Shown here: positions 42,264-51,333 of the stretch, piece by piece
Numbering within the stretch: position 1 is the first letter of the stretch
Layout of the letters: every line of letters begins with the position of its first letter
Sequence record: MZ475892.1
Length of the DNA stretch: 64,000 nt
Strand: one strand, 5' to 3'
Made by a program: the position numbers and the translations under genes
The notes under the pieces: model-generated
What the model saw: only the letters and a program-made list of their open reading frames with translations
The model's database searches: none
What the model was told of the DNA's origin: nothing

Positions 42264-43856
42264 ATGGCACGTTTCGAAACTAACACTAACCTGGTTGGCA
42301 AAACTATCGTCCTGCTGAACGGCACCAAAGCGAAGATTGAAGACGCTATCGTTTCTGGCTACAAAGTGAAAGGCCAGACCAAGCGCATCGCAACCCGTGA
42401 CGTTATCAAAGAGGGTGCGCACTTTAAAGAAATCGAGCGCACGCCGCTGAGCCAGCTGGAAGATACTGGTGAAGGTTATGTGAAGTTGAAAGAAGCCAAA
42501 GCTGCTTCTAAGAAAGCGCCTGCGAAAGACGCTAAAGCTACTGGCAAAAAAGCTGCGGCAAAAGACAAGCCTGCTAAGACCAGCAAAAAAGCTGCCGCTA
42601 AAGATAAGCCAGCGAAAGAGCAAGAGCCGAAAGTTCGCCGTAAGTCTGCGAAAGAGCAGGGCAACGATTATCAGGAACTCGCGCAGGCTATCATCAAAGG
42701 CGGTCGCCGTGCAGCGCCAGTTGAAATTGACAGCGTAGACGAAGCGCTGACCGATGCAATCGCTAAGCGTCTGACCGCTGTTGTCGAATCGTCTGAGATT
42801 GCGAAACTCGCCGCTGATAACAAAACGCCGATCGCTAACGCACTGACCGTAACTTACGGTGCTGAGTTTGCGACTGATGCAAACGTTGTGCAGATTACGC
42901 TGAACCTGCAATACGCTAAGCCGACTGCTGTTGAGTCTGCCGCTCCTACTCTGGAGAATGCCGAAGCAATCGCAATGCGTGCTGCTAAAATGGCCGCGCC
43001 GAAAGTGAGCGCTAAACTCAAGAAGGCAGTGCGTGAAGCATTCGATATTGAAACAGACCTTGAGCTGGGTACTGTGATTATGTCAGGCGATGATCAATTC
43101 GCTTACTACGGCGAAAGCGCGAAGCACGCTGGCAAAGCGCTGCTGTATGTTGTCGAAACTGACAAGTTCAAATCTGTCTTGGCCTCTACTCTGACCGACT
43201 ACGAACTGCCTGCTGATGAAGAAGCTGAGGCAGAAGAAGAGGAGGAAGAAGAAGAAGAGGAGGAAGAAGAACCCGCTGATGACTTCGACGACGAAGAGGA
43301 AGAAGATGCGGACGATGCAGATGATGCCGACGATGCTGATGGCGACGACGACGAATTCCAGTACGTTGCTGTAGGCGATGAACACTTTGCTCTGGTCAAC
43401 AAAAAGATCACAGCCAAGTATCACGATGCACTGGCTGAGCAATTCGGCGTTAGCACCGAAGCGCTGGTCCCAGGCTTAGTGTTGACCAACGGCGAGATCA
43501 CTTTCGCTTATCTGGGCAACGATAGCAAAGGCGGCCTGCTCGTTATCGACCTCGACGACGATGCGGACGAAGACGACAACGTTCTGGTCTACCCGAAAGC
43601 CGACGTTAAATCTCTGACCGACTTCTCTCCTGTGCTGGGTGATGCAGATGAAGAAGACGCAGACGATGCAGAAGAGACCGACGAAGAAGACGAAGATCAG
43701 GACGACGACTTCGAATTTGACGATGCGCCGACTGCCGACCTCGAAGATCTGTCCGACGATGAGCTGCGTGACCGCGCTGTTGAGATGGGCCTGACCACTG
43801 TACGCAAAGCTGACAAAATGAACGCCAAGCAACTGCGTGCGCTGCTGTCTGAATAA
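42264..43856 (+). CDS. Polyampholyte multidomain protein (K/A tract, two D/E tracts, repeated beta modules, C-terminal HeH-like module)
   Basis: 530 aa; GAGGAG RBS in a hairpin; low-complexity tracts are directly visible. Confidence 0.88.
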   Translation: MARFETNTNLVGKTIVLLNGTKAKIEDAIVSGYKVKGQTKRIATRDVIKEGAHFKEIERTPLSQLEDTGEGYVKLKEAKAASKKAPAKDAKATGKKAAAKDKPAKTSKKAAAKDKPAKEQEPKVRRKSAKEQGNDYQELAQAIIKGGRRAAPVEIDSVDEALTDAIAKRLTAVVESSEIAKLAADNKTPIANALTVTYGAEFATDANVVQITLNLQYAKPTAVESAAPTLENAEAIAMRAAKMAAPKVSAKLKKAVREAFDIETDLELGTVIMSGDDQFAYYGESAKHAGKALLYVVETDKFKSVLASTLTDYELPADEEAEAEEEEEEEEEEEEEPADDFDDEEEEDADDADDADDADGDDDEFQYVAVGDEHFALVNKKITAKYHDALAEQFGVSTEALVPGLVLTNGEITFAYLGNDSKGGLLVIDLDDDADEDDNVLVYPKADVKSLTDFSPVLGDADEEDADDAEETDEEDEDQDDDFEFDDAPTADLEDLSDDELRDRAVEMGLTTVRKADKMNAKQLRALLSE

Positions 43857-43878
43857 GTAACCTGTAGTTCTGAATACA

Positions 43879-43898
43879 TGCGGCTCGAAAGGGCCGCA
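43879..43898 (+). terminator. GC-rich hairpin without a U-tract
   Basis: TGCGGCTC-GAAA-GGGCCGCA. Confidence 0.5.
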
Positions 43899-43931
43899 CA
43901 CTGACAACAAAGTTGATTGAGGAATCACATT

Positions 43932-45218
43932 ATGTCAAACGCAAACAAAATTCTGCTTAACGCTCGTGTACGCCGCTTAGACGGTACTGTTACTTACATC
44001 AACAAAGTGAATGCTAACGGTTATAGCACCGATGCGAAAGGCCCGCAGATTCCTGTCAAGCGCATTGTGTTTGCAGGCAAGATGCTGAAAGAGATTGAAC
44101 AGCCCTTTGAGAAAGGCGAGCACGTCATTGTGCAGGGCGTTGCAGTGAAGCTGAACAAGCGCCAGCAACGTGAGCTTGCTGATGGCACTCTCGATGAGAA
44201 AGCGCTGCGTCCTGAGTTCGGTAAGCTGGCAGTGATTGACCCTGATACAGGCAAAGCAACTGACGGCAAGAAAGTGAAGCCAACCAAGTCTGATGCTAAA
44301 GCCCCGAAAGCTGGCGCGAAAGCAAGTCTGAAAGCAACGCGTGAGCACAACAAAGAGCCGAAGCGCAGTCGCAAACAGCACAAAGCTGAAACGAACGATC
44401 TCAAAGACAGTCTGGACATTATCGACGAACGCAAATCACCGAAAGCGTCTCTGATTGAACGTCTGGATGCAGCAATCGCCGAAGCGAAAACGAAAGCACG
44501 CCGTAAGCTGTTAGCCGAAACGTTCGACATGGACTGGGCTGATATTAAAAAGCATGGCGGTGCAGGTATCGTTAAGCAGCACGGCCGCAAGAACGCCCAG
44601 AAGTTTATTGATCGTCAGACAGTGCAGGTCGATAGCACAACGTTCATCAAACAAATGCCAGCGCCGCTCAAGCGTCTTATTCAGGACACTGAGTTGCGTC
44701 TCAATCAAAAGCAGATTGAGCAAGTGCTTGGTGCGCTGGGGCTTGATACGCAATTCTACGCAGTCGCCGTGCAGGAGCTGCTGGGCAAACTCAAACTGTC
44801 CATAGGCGGTCGCGTGATCGAAGGCGAAGTTGTTCGAAAGGAGAACACGCCGAAGCCAAAAAGGTTCGTACACGCTGAGGCGCTATATGCAGACAAGAAA
44901 GAAGCGAAACGCCGCGTAAGCAAAATGAAATATGCGCTGCTGATTCCGCCTACGAAAGGTCTGCCTGCGTTACGCATCCATCAGGCAGAGGCAAAGCAGT
45001 CACTCGCCGTTCTGCTGCACCTGAAGCCTGGGAACATCAAGCGTGGTCTGCTTGCGTATGACAACAAAGGCCGTGAGTATATGTATGTCGCTTGCGATAT
45101 GACGGGCCCTGTGTTCATCGATAAAGATAGCAACGAACTGGCGTTCACGTATGCCAATCTGATCGATAACTTCAAACTCAAAGCGCAGCCTGTGTCTGAA
45201 CTGGACGTGGCCGTATGA
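43932..45218 (+). CDS. Basic protein sharing N- and C-terminal modules with the 42264 protein
   Basis: GAGGA RBS in a hairpin; N-terminal L(D/N)GT..I.....GY.......I....I...G...KEIE shared with 42264. Confidence 0.82.
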   Translation: MSNANKILLNARVRRLDGTVTYINKVNANGYSTDAKGPQIPVKRIVFAGKMLKEIEQPFEKGEHVIVQGVAVKLNKRQQRELADGTLDEKALRPEFGKLAVIDPDTGKATDGKKVKPTKSDAKAPKAGAKASLKATREHNKEPKRSRKQHKAETNDLKDSLDIIDERKSPKASLIERLDAAIAEAKTKARRKLLAETFDMDWADIKKHGGAGIVKQHGRKNAQKFIDRQTVQVDSTTFIKQMPAPLKRLIQDTELRLNQKQIEQVLGALGLDTQFYAVAVQELLGKLKLSIGGRVIEGEVVRKENTPKPKRFVHAEALYADKKEAKRRVSKMKYALLIPPTKGLPALRIHQAEAKQSLAVLLHLKPGNIKRGLLAYDNKGREYMYVACDMTGPVFIDKDSNELAFTYANLIDNFKLKAQPVSELDVAV

Positions 45219-45601
45219 GAACTGAAATCATCGTAGCGGGAGTTCTCTCTCAACTTTACACGCGGCTGATTACGGCCGCTATAATGAAAGCGCATGTGTA
45301 TTACTCAGACCTTGCGCCGGTGGTATTCGGTGTGCAGCTTACCAAAGTCGGTAAGTCGCAGTATCAAGCGCTGTGGGATTTAGTAGCGCTGACGATGCAG
45401 ATGGACCACGCACACGGCCGACCGCCTGTTGCTGCTCTGTATGTGTCTCGCGCTAATGCATCAAAACGACCGCCGCAAGCATTCTTCGCTGAATACGAGC
45501 GGCTAACTGGTAAGCGACTCAATGACGACGACTGGGAAGAGTTAGTCGATGAAGTATGGGCAGCTTACTCTCCACCAGAAATCTGTCAGGAGCCGACATG
45601 A
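45215..45601 (+). CDS. Hypothetical protein, possibly winged-helix-like
   Basis: GRPPVAALYVSR...PPQAFF resembles a GRPxLSALVV..PG.GFF domain family. Confidence 0.55.
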   Translation: MRTEIIVAGVLSQLYTRLITAAIMKAHVYYSDLAPVVFGVQLTKVGKSQYQALWDLVALTMQMDHAHGRPPVAALYVSRANASKRPPQAFFAEYERLTGKRLNDDDWEELVDEVWAAYSPPEICQEPT

Positions 45602-46056
45602 AGAAGTTGAAAGCCGTAAAGGTTAAAATTAGCCGCGGTGGTTATAAGCCTTCTTCTAAGGAAGAGGCAAAGAAGCTGGTGGCAGAGTTTCTGCTCGGCA
45701 CCATCGGCATTAGCCCAACGCAAGTCAGTCAACAACTGCTGTTGAATATCACGAACTACAACTATTTGACCTCTGTTGCGTATTCTGGACGTTCTACAGA
45801 TTACAGCCAGGCGGCAGCGCACAAAACTGTAAAAGAACTAAATGAATTTTGTCGAAAGCATAAAATTCAACTGGGCTTGCTAATTATGCCCCACACGTCG
45901 GCGTCTGAATATGATGGTGACGTAATTGTTGCAATCCCGTGGGAGCATGTTAAGAACAATCCGCAAATCCAGTCTGCCGTTAATTCTCTGTTTGAATCGG
46001 TTGAAGCAGACGGCTACCCACAGTATGTGACTGATGCTAAAACAGTAGAGGGATAA
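45598..46056 (+). CDS. Hypothetical protein
   Basis: AGGAG RBS; ATGA overlap. Confidence 0.7.
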   Translation: MKKLKAVKVKISRGGYKPSSKEEAKKLVAEFLLGTIGISPTQVSQQLLLNITNYNYLTSVAYSGRSTDYSQAAAHKTVKELNEFCRKHKIQLGLLIMPHTSASEYDGDVIVAIPWEHVKNNPQIQSAVNSLFESVEADGYPQYVTDAKTVEG

Positions 46057-46057
46057 G

Positions 46058-47338
46058 ATGTTCTACGACTATGTATTCAACTTCGACGAGCGCCAGACGC
46101 TACTGTCGTTAGCGGAATCCAAGTATCTTCTTAAACGGGACATTCCCGAGTATCTTAAAAAGTCCAAACACGCAATTGAGATTCGTCACACTGTGACCAA
46201 TCGTGGACGCGAGCGCCGCTCAGGAACAATAACAACTCCTATCGTGCCGCGTATTCACACCCGTGATGTTATGCGCTTGCTTGATGATATTCGTGACAAC
46301 GCGACTTACAGCTCCTGCCAAAGTCTCGCTGAACTGTTTGAATTGGGCTTGGGCGTTCCGCGCCAGAAAGATATTGCTACTTACCTTCATGCTTATTCGC
46401 GTGAGCACGATAAGAAAGGTATCGGTATCAAGTATATCCGCAAGCTGGTGGTTGATTATCATCGTAAGCACCGTCGTAGTATGGCGGGCAGTCGCTGGTT
46501 AATGCCTGCTGCTTACACGGCCAATCTGCTGAACATGCAGAACTTCATTCATCTGAAAGAAGACGGCTACAAGGGTAAAGTCAAAACGCCAGACGGCATC
46601 CCTGTAGTCTTGATTTACCAGAGCACTGAATACGCGACTGGCGAGTTTACTCTGTGTGACGCATTCATGATTAGTCCGATGGGATATCCAATGCCGTTCG
46701 CACAGATTGCGCTGCGTCCCGAGTTCAAGGCTGTGCCTAAAACGTTTTGCTCCCAAGCTCTGCGTGGCAAAGGCATGTACTCAATGGTTCTCGGTATGAT
46801 TTACTGGGAGAAAGGTGATTCAGTCGAATTGACACGCGAAGTCATGGAGATTGATGACAACCAGTATCTCACGTTGCTCGATGATGAACGTTATGCTGAC
46901 CGCCGCTCTGATGAATATTCAGCGATGCTGGTCAAGCGTGAAGAGTTCCGTCGCAATCGTGACAAGTGGCAGTCAGTGATTGATAAGTACGGCCAGACAG
47001 TTCGAACCCTCAAGCCTGAGATTAGCGCTCGTCTTGATCGTGCTCGTCAGTTCTTCTACGACCGCTCCGAGTTCCTGAAAGAGTTCGAGTCTCAGGAGAA
47101 GCGTGAGAACACCCGCGCATCAAAACGTTTTGCTGTAGCGTCTGCGATGTTTGCTGCGATTGACTGTGGGACAATTGCTGATCGTCAGACCTACCTTGCA
47201 GTGAGCACAAAGATTGATAAAGTGCATGACATTCTCGGTAAGTGGGGATTCAACACTGTAAAATCTGTTAATGCTAGTTTGAAGAAGTCTCTTTTAACCT
47301 ATGACGAATCAGGCGTATCTCGCGTCTGGTCACTATAA
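46058..47338 (+). CDS. Hypothetical protein (426 aa)
   Basis: Long ORF. Confidence 0.8.
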   Translation: MFYDYVFNFDERQTLLSLAESKYLLKRDIPEYLKKSKHAIEIRHTVTNRGRERRSGTITTPIVPRIHTRDVMRLLDDIRDNATYSSCQSLAELFELGLGVPRQKDIATYLHAYSREHDKKGIGIKYIRKLVVDYHRKHRRSMAGSRWLMPAAYTANLLNMQNFIHLKEDGYKGKVKTPDGIPVVLIYQSTEYATGEFTLCDAFMISPMGYPMPFAQIALRPEFKAVPKTFCSQALRGKGMYSMVLGMIYWEKGDSVELTREVMEIDDNQYLTLLDDERYADRRSDEYSAMLVKREEFRRNRDKWQSVIDKYGQTVRTLKPEISARLDRARQFFYDRSEFLKEFESQEKRENTRASKRFAVASAMFAAIDCGTIADRQTYLAVSTKIDKVHDILGKWGFNTVKSVNASLKKSLLTYDESGVSRVWSL

Positions 47339-47359
47339 CCCTTATCTGAGGAGATAAAC

Positions 47360-50300
47360 ATGTCCGAGAACAATCAAAGCGGAGCTACTCGCTTCGGCAC
47401 AGAAGTGCAGGCCGGCATCGCAGAAGCGCAACGCCGTGCTAACTCTGCTGAGAGTGGCAAGCTGAACAAATGCACGATCATCGTGCTGACTTCGATTGAC
47501 GCCAACCAGCGTTACTCTTATCTGTCCGCAGACGAACAACTGCGCGAAGAACTGGTGCGTGGTAAAGTAATCAATCGTCTGCCTGACCTGTTAGAGCGTG
47601 CTGGTGGTAATACCGCTGCTGACAATAACAGCGCGTTCCACATCCTGCACCCAAACAACGGCGTGCCTACCTCGATCGATGCTCGTATCAAAGTGGGCGA
47701 AGGCAATGCGGTCATTCTGTCATATACTGTAAACAAAGCAGTGACAGAGATGCACGGTAGCTTATCGCTTGCTCTGTTTGCATCTGGCGCCGAAGACTTA
47801 AATGATCTGGCCGCTGATTTCGGTATTCACGCAATTGCGATTGTTGAAGAATCGAAAGCCGCTGAGTTCATCAAAGGACTTGAAGCTCAGGTGGAAGCGT
47901 TGAATATTGTAAATCTCACTAGCATTGATGATTCTAACGATTCGTTAGACCTGCCAGTGATTGACTTCGCTGCATTAGCGGGCAATCCTACAACAGTGCT
48001 TACGGGTGCTGTGCGTACCTTCATCATGCAATCAATCAGCGGCGAAGTCTTCGCTGCAATCCCTAATAACGGAGAACTGAACGTGAAAAACGATAACGTG
48101 GCTCAGCCTGCTGACCTGGAAGAAGACTTCGACAACAATGATGAGATTGTTGATCAGAACGGCGGTGAAGGCGAAGTTACTGGCGAAGAGCTGCTGGGCT
48201 ACAAAGCAGAAAATCTTTCGCTCGACCAAATGCGTAGTGCGCTTGAAGCGATCAACTACGACCTGTCTGAAATGACGGAAGAAGCAATCCGTGAAGCGTT
48301 CGAAACTGAACAGAACCTTTACCTGGGTGGCGGCGATGACGAATCTTCCGAAGAAGAGGAAGATGAAGACGCCGCTGATGTTGACAGCGACGAAGAAGAA
48401 GAGGAAGAAGACGAGGAGTTCGATGCTCCTGCGTATCTGGCTCAAGCGCTCGCTGCTGAAAACTTTAGCCGTAGCGATCTGAAACTGCTGGTCAAGTCGC
48501 AAGACCTGAAAGTGATGAAGAACGACACTCCTGAAACTCTGGTGCAGAAGCTGCTGGACCTGGTGCAGGACGCATCGTCTGATGAAGTGTTCGAACTGAT
48601 CACTGTGTTCGTTGAACTGCTGGACGAGCACGGCGTTGAGTGTGACGCGCTGCGTGCTACCATCGCTGAGGACGAAAGCGATGAAGACGAAGAAGAGGAC
48701 GGCGAAGACGAAGACGCCGATGAAGATGGCGACGACGAAGAAGAGGAAGATGAAGAGGAGTCTGATGAAGACGAATCTGAAACCGAATCTGATGACGAAA
48801 CCGAAACTCTGTCTGTGGCTGACGTTACCGATCCTCTCGATTACTTCCGCTTCAACGGTGGTGACCTGACTGCCGAGCAGCGTATTGCTGCTGTCGAATC
48901 GATGGGTACAAGCACTGTTGGTCTGAACATTGTTCAGGTCATGAAAGCGTTCAACGAAATCCGCTCACAGTCTAACCTGATCGATATTGCCGCTGATGAA
49001 GCCGACTCTGCGCTGTACGATATGCTGACTGCGCTGCCGTACTCAACGCTGCTGAGCTTCGCTCAAGAGATTGAGCTGGACATTGATGGCGATGAGTCTG
49101 CCGAAGATCTCGTCACTCTGCTGATGGACGAATCTACTGCCGACAGCGATACGCTGAAAGCGTTGGCGTATGTGTTCGAAACCTACGGCGGCCTGGGTGT
49201 TGAAGCAGATGATATCCTGCTGATGGACTGGCATGAAGCGCTGGCGCTGGTTATTCCTGTGTATGCATCGTCAGACGAAGTTGAGTCCGATGCAGAAGAC
49301 GAAGACGAAGACGTTATCGCTGATGAAGATTCGTCTAACGCTAACCTGAAGTTCCTGAAATCTGTTGACGTCAACAACCCTGTCGGCCCGATGCTCGAAG
49401 TTGATATGGACCGCACTCTGGTTATCAACTACACCTTCACTGACGGTAACACCTACCGCGATGTGCAAGATGAGCTGGCTGATATCGGTGGCGTTAACTA
49501 CCGCTTCCCGTTCAATCTGGGCAAAGCTGGTAAAGCAAACAAGAGCAGCGCACCTGGTAGCCTGATTGCTCCTGCTGAACATCTGATCGCAATGTTAGAC
49601 CGCGCCGGTACTACTCGCTTCTTAGCTGACCCGAACACCTTCGATGTTGGTGTGTGGGCAGAATCTCTGGAGCGTATGCTGAACGCAGAAATCGCTAACA
49701 ACCTGTATGCTGGTCGCATTGAAGACGGCGCTGACCCGCAGCAAGCTGGCATCGTAGTCGGTGACTTCATCGATGAAGACGAGCAAGCAGAAGTTGCTGA
49801 CCTAGGTCTGCTGGATGAAGATGAGCTGGAAGCGTACACTGGTGATCATCTGCCGATTGCAAGCCTGTACAATGCGCAAGCCCGCGTACGTCCAGTCAAC
49901 GTCGATAGCTCTTACGTTGCACTGAGCACCGTAGTGCTGAACGTTGCAGTCCCTGGCTTCTGGTGTGACTCTGATGTTGGTCGTCTGGTGCAAGCGTGTG
50001 TTAATCGCGTAATCAGCCTGGCAGAAAGCGTTGAAGGCATCAAAGTGTATGCAGGCTTCACTCTGGAATCTGCTGCGCTGCTGAACAACGGTCGCCTGTA
50101 CGAAGTTGTTGGTGCGCTGCGTGAGATGGACGGTGTGCAGTCTTACTCTGCCGCTGACGCTGCTAACTTCTCAGAAGCGGAAGATATTATCGAAGTGGCG
50201 TCTTCTATCGATGATCGTGACCTGCCGTTCACTGTACTGGCAAGCGGCCTGTCTGGCGCAACGTTTGAAAACGGCGGTGACCTGACCGTGCTGGTTCCGT

Positions 50301-50365
50301 GCTCTGTCTTCGACGAAGAGGAAGATGAGTCCGAAGAGGACGAGTCAGAAGAAGACGAAGAGTAA
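47360..50365 (+). CDS. 1001-aa highly acidic protein with several HeH-like repeats
   Basis: GAGGAG RBS in a hairpin; several D/E tracts; ENLSLDQMRSAL, ENFSRSDLKLLV, ALPYSTLLSFA modules. Confidence 0.88.
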   Translation: MSENNQSGATRFGTEVQAGIAEAQRRANSAESGKLNKCTIIVLTSIDANQRYSYLSADEQLREELVRGKVINRLPDLLERAGGNTAADNNSAFHILHPNNGVPTSIDARIKVGEGNAVILSYTVNKAVTEMHGSLSLALFASGAEDLNDLAADFGIHAIAIVEESKAAEFIKGLEAQVEALNIVNLTSIDDSNDSLDLPVIDFAALAGNPTTVLTGAVRTFIMQSISGEVFAAIPNNGELNVKNDNVAQPADLEEDFDNNDEIVDQNGGEGEVTGEELLGYKAENLSLDQMRSALEAINYDLSEMTEEAIREAFETEQNLYLGGGDDESSEEEEDEDAADVDSDEEEEEEDEEFDAPAYLAQALAAENFSRSDLKLLVKSQDLKVMKNDTPETLVQKLLDLVQDASSDEVFELITVFVELLDEHGVECDALRATIAEDESDEDEEEDGEDEDADEDGDDEEEEDEEESDEDESETESDDETETLSVADVTDPLDYFRFNGGDLTAEQRIAAVESMGTSTVGLNIVQVMKAFNEIRSQSNLIDIAADEADSALYDMLTALPYSTLLSFAQEIELDIDGDESAEDLVTLLMDESTADSDTLKALAYVFETYGGLGVEADDILLMDWHEALALVIPVYASSDEVESDAEDEDEDVIADEDSSNANLKFLKSVDVNNPVGPMLEVDMDRTLVINYTFTDGNTYRDVQDELADIGGVNYRFPFNLGKAGKANKSSAPGSLIAPAEHLIAMLDRAGTTRFLADPNTFDVGVWAESLERMLNAEIANNLYAGRIEDGADPQQAGIVVGDFIDEDEQAEVADLGLLDEDELEAYTGDHLPIASLYNAQARVRPVNVDSSYVALSTVVLNVAVPGFWCDSDVGRLVQACVNRVISLAESVEGIKVYAGFTLESAALLNNGRLYEVVGALREMDGVQSYSAADAANFSEAEDIIEVASSIDDRDLPFTVLASGLSGATFENGGDLTVLVPCSVFDEEEDESEEDESEEDEE

Positions 50366-50371
50366 TTGACA

Positions 50372-50391
50372 TGCGGTCCTTCGGGGCCGCA
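50372..50391 (+). terminator. C(UUCG)G hairpin without a U-tract
   Basis: TGCGGTCC-TTCG-GGGCCGCA. Confidence 0.55.
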
Positions 50392-50416
50392 ATCTTTCTC
50401 AACAGGAACTGTCTAA

Positions 50417-51238
50417 ATGTCAGAACAAGTTGACCACTCAGCTAACATCATTAAGATGGTTAGTGACCGTGATGCAAAGATTAGCGAGCTGTCCGTTACG
50501 GCAAACGAGCTGCAAGGTCAGGTGAATGACTATGCTGCCGAACTTGCCGCATCTGCTGTTCGTGAGACTGCGTTGCGTTTGAAGCTACGTTCTCAAGAGC
50601 GCCAGACGAATACCGATTTCGTTCGTCTGAAAAATCGCACGAAAGAGCTGGTGGATATTTCAAACACTCAGATGGCCGAAAGCAACGAGCTTAAAGCACG
50701 CGTTGAAGAAATGAACGCTAAGCTGGCGCAAGTTGACCCGATGCCGTTCGTGCTGCATCTGGTTGCTGTGCAAGCTGCATCTGTGTTCTCGTACATGGTG
50801 CAGTCGTTTGCTCATGCTCATGTTAACCAGCGTACCAACGATACCACACGCACACTCAGTGCTCTGATGGTAGGCGAAACAGCGCGGCGTTATCAGTCTT
50901 TCGAAAAGACCATCGCTCGTTACTGCAACTCGATTGGCGCTGAACGTCCGAAAGCAAATGATGTGCGTAACGCTTTCCCTGACTTCATGCGTAATGAAGC
51001 TGATTTATTCTGTAAAGACCCGAAGTACAGTCACGATTGCATGGCCTTAGCTGCTATGCTTAATCTGCCTCGTACATCGTGGATGTATCGAAAGTCTCTG
51101 GATGCCGTAAACCACTTCGCGTGGATTGCAGCTTTCGAAGGCAGTCCTCAAGAGTTTGAGTCAGAATCAGATTACAACGAATTATACGTTAACTCGCTTA
51201 TCGATATTGCAAGCGCGTTAATCGGGCAAAACTTTTAA
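50417..51238 (+). CDS. Protein with an N-terminal coiled coil
   Basis: Heptad-rich first 100 aa. Confidence 0.8.
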   Translation: MSEQVDHSANIIKMVSDRDAKISELSVTANELQGQVNDYAAELAASAVRETALRLKLRSQERQTNTDFVRLKNRTKELVDISNTQMAESNELKARVEEMNAKLAQVDPMPFVLHLVAVQAASVFSYMVQSFAHAHVNQRTNDTTRTLSALMVGETARRYQSFEKTIARYCNSIGAERPKANDVRNAFPDFMRNEADLFCKDPKYSHDCMALAAMLNLPRTSWMYRKSLDAVNHFAWIAAFEGSPQEFESESDYNELYVNSLIDIASALIGQNF

Positions 51239-51271
51239 TCTGTAAAACTTCCCTGTGATTTATTCTGTAAA
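51239..51271 (+). promoter_or_regulatory. Tandem TCTGTAAA motifs
   Basis: Copies at 51239 and 51264 upstream of ORF 51334. Confidence 0.6.
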
Positions 51272-51333
51272 CACTAATTGAAGTTCGCAACGGGCAAAAG
51301 CCCAAATCGAAAAATTAACGGAGTTCCACTACA

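Noticed and set aside
42258-44590. Long - strand ORFs opposite the K/A-rich genes (also 53040-53582 and 55482-56414)
   Set aside because: They fully overlap well-supported + strand genes with biased codons, and their F/L/A/S-rich composition is what antisense reading predicts.
10065-47357. SD hairpins as CsrA/RsmA binding sites
   Set aside because: The loop register (U-RAGG-A) does not match the CANGGANG consensus; kept as a separate unexplained motif.
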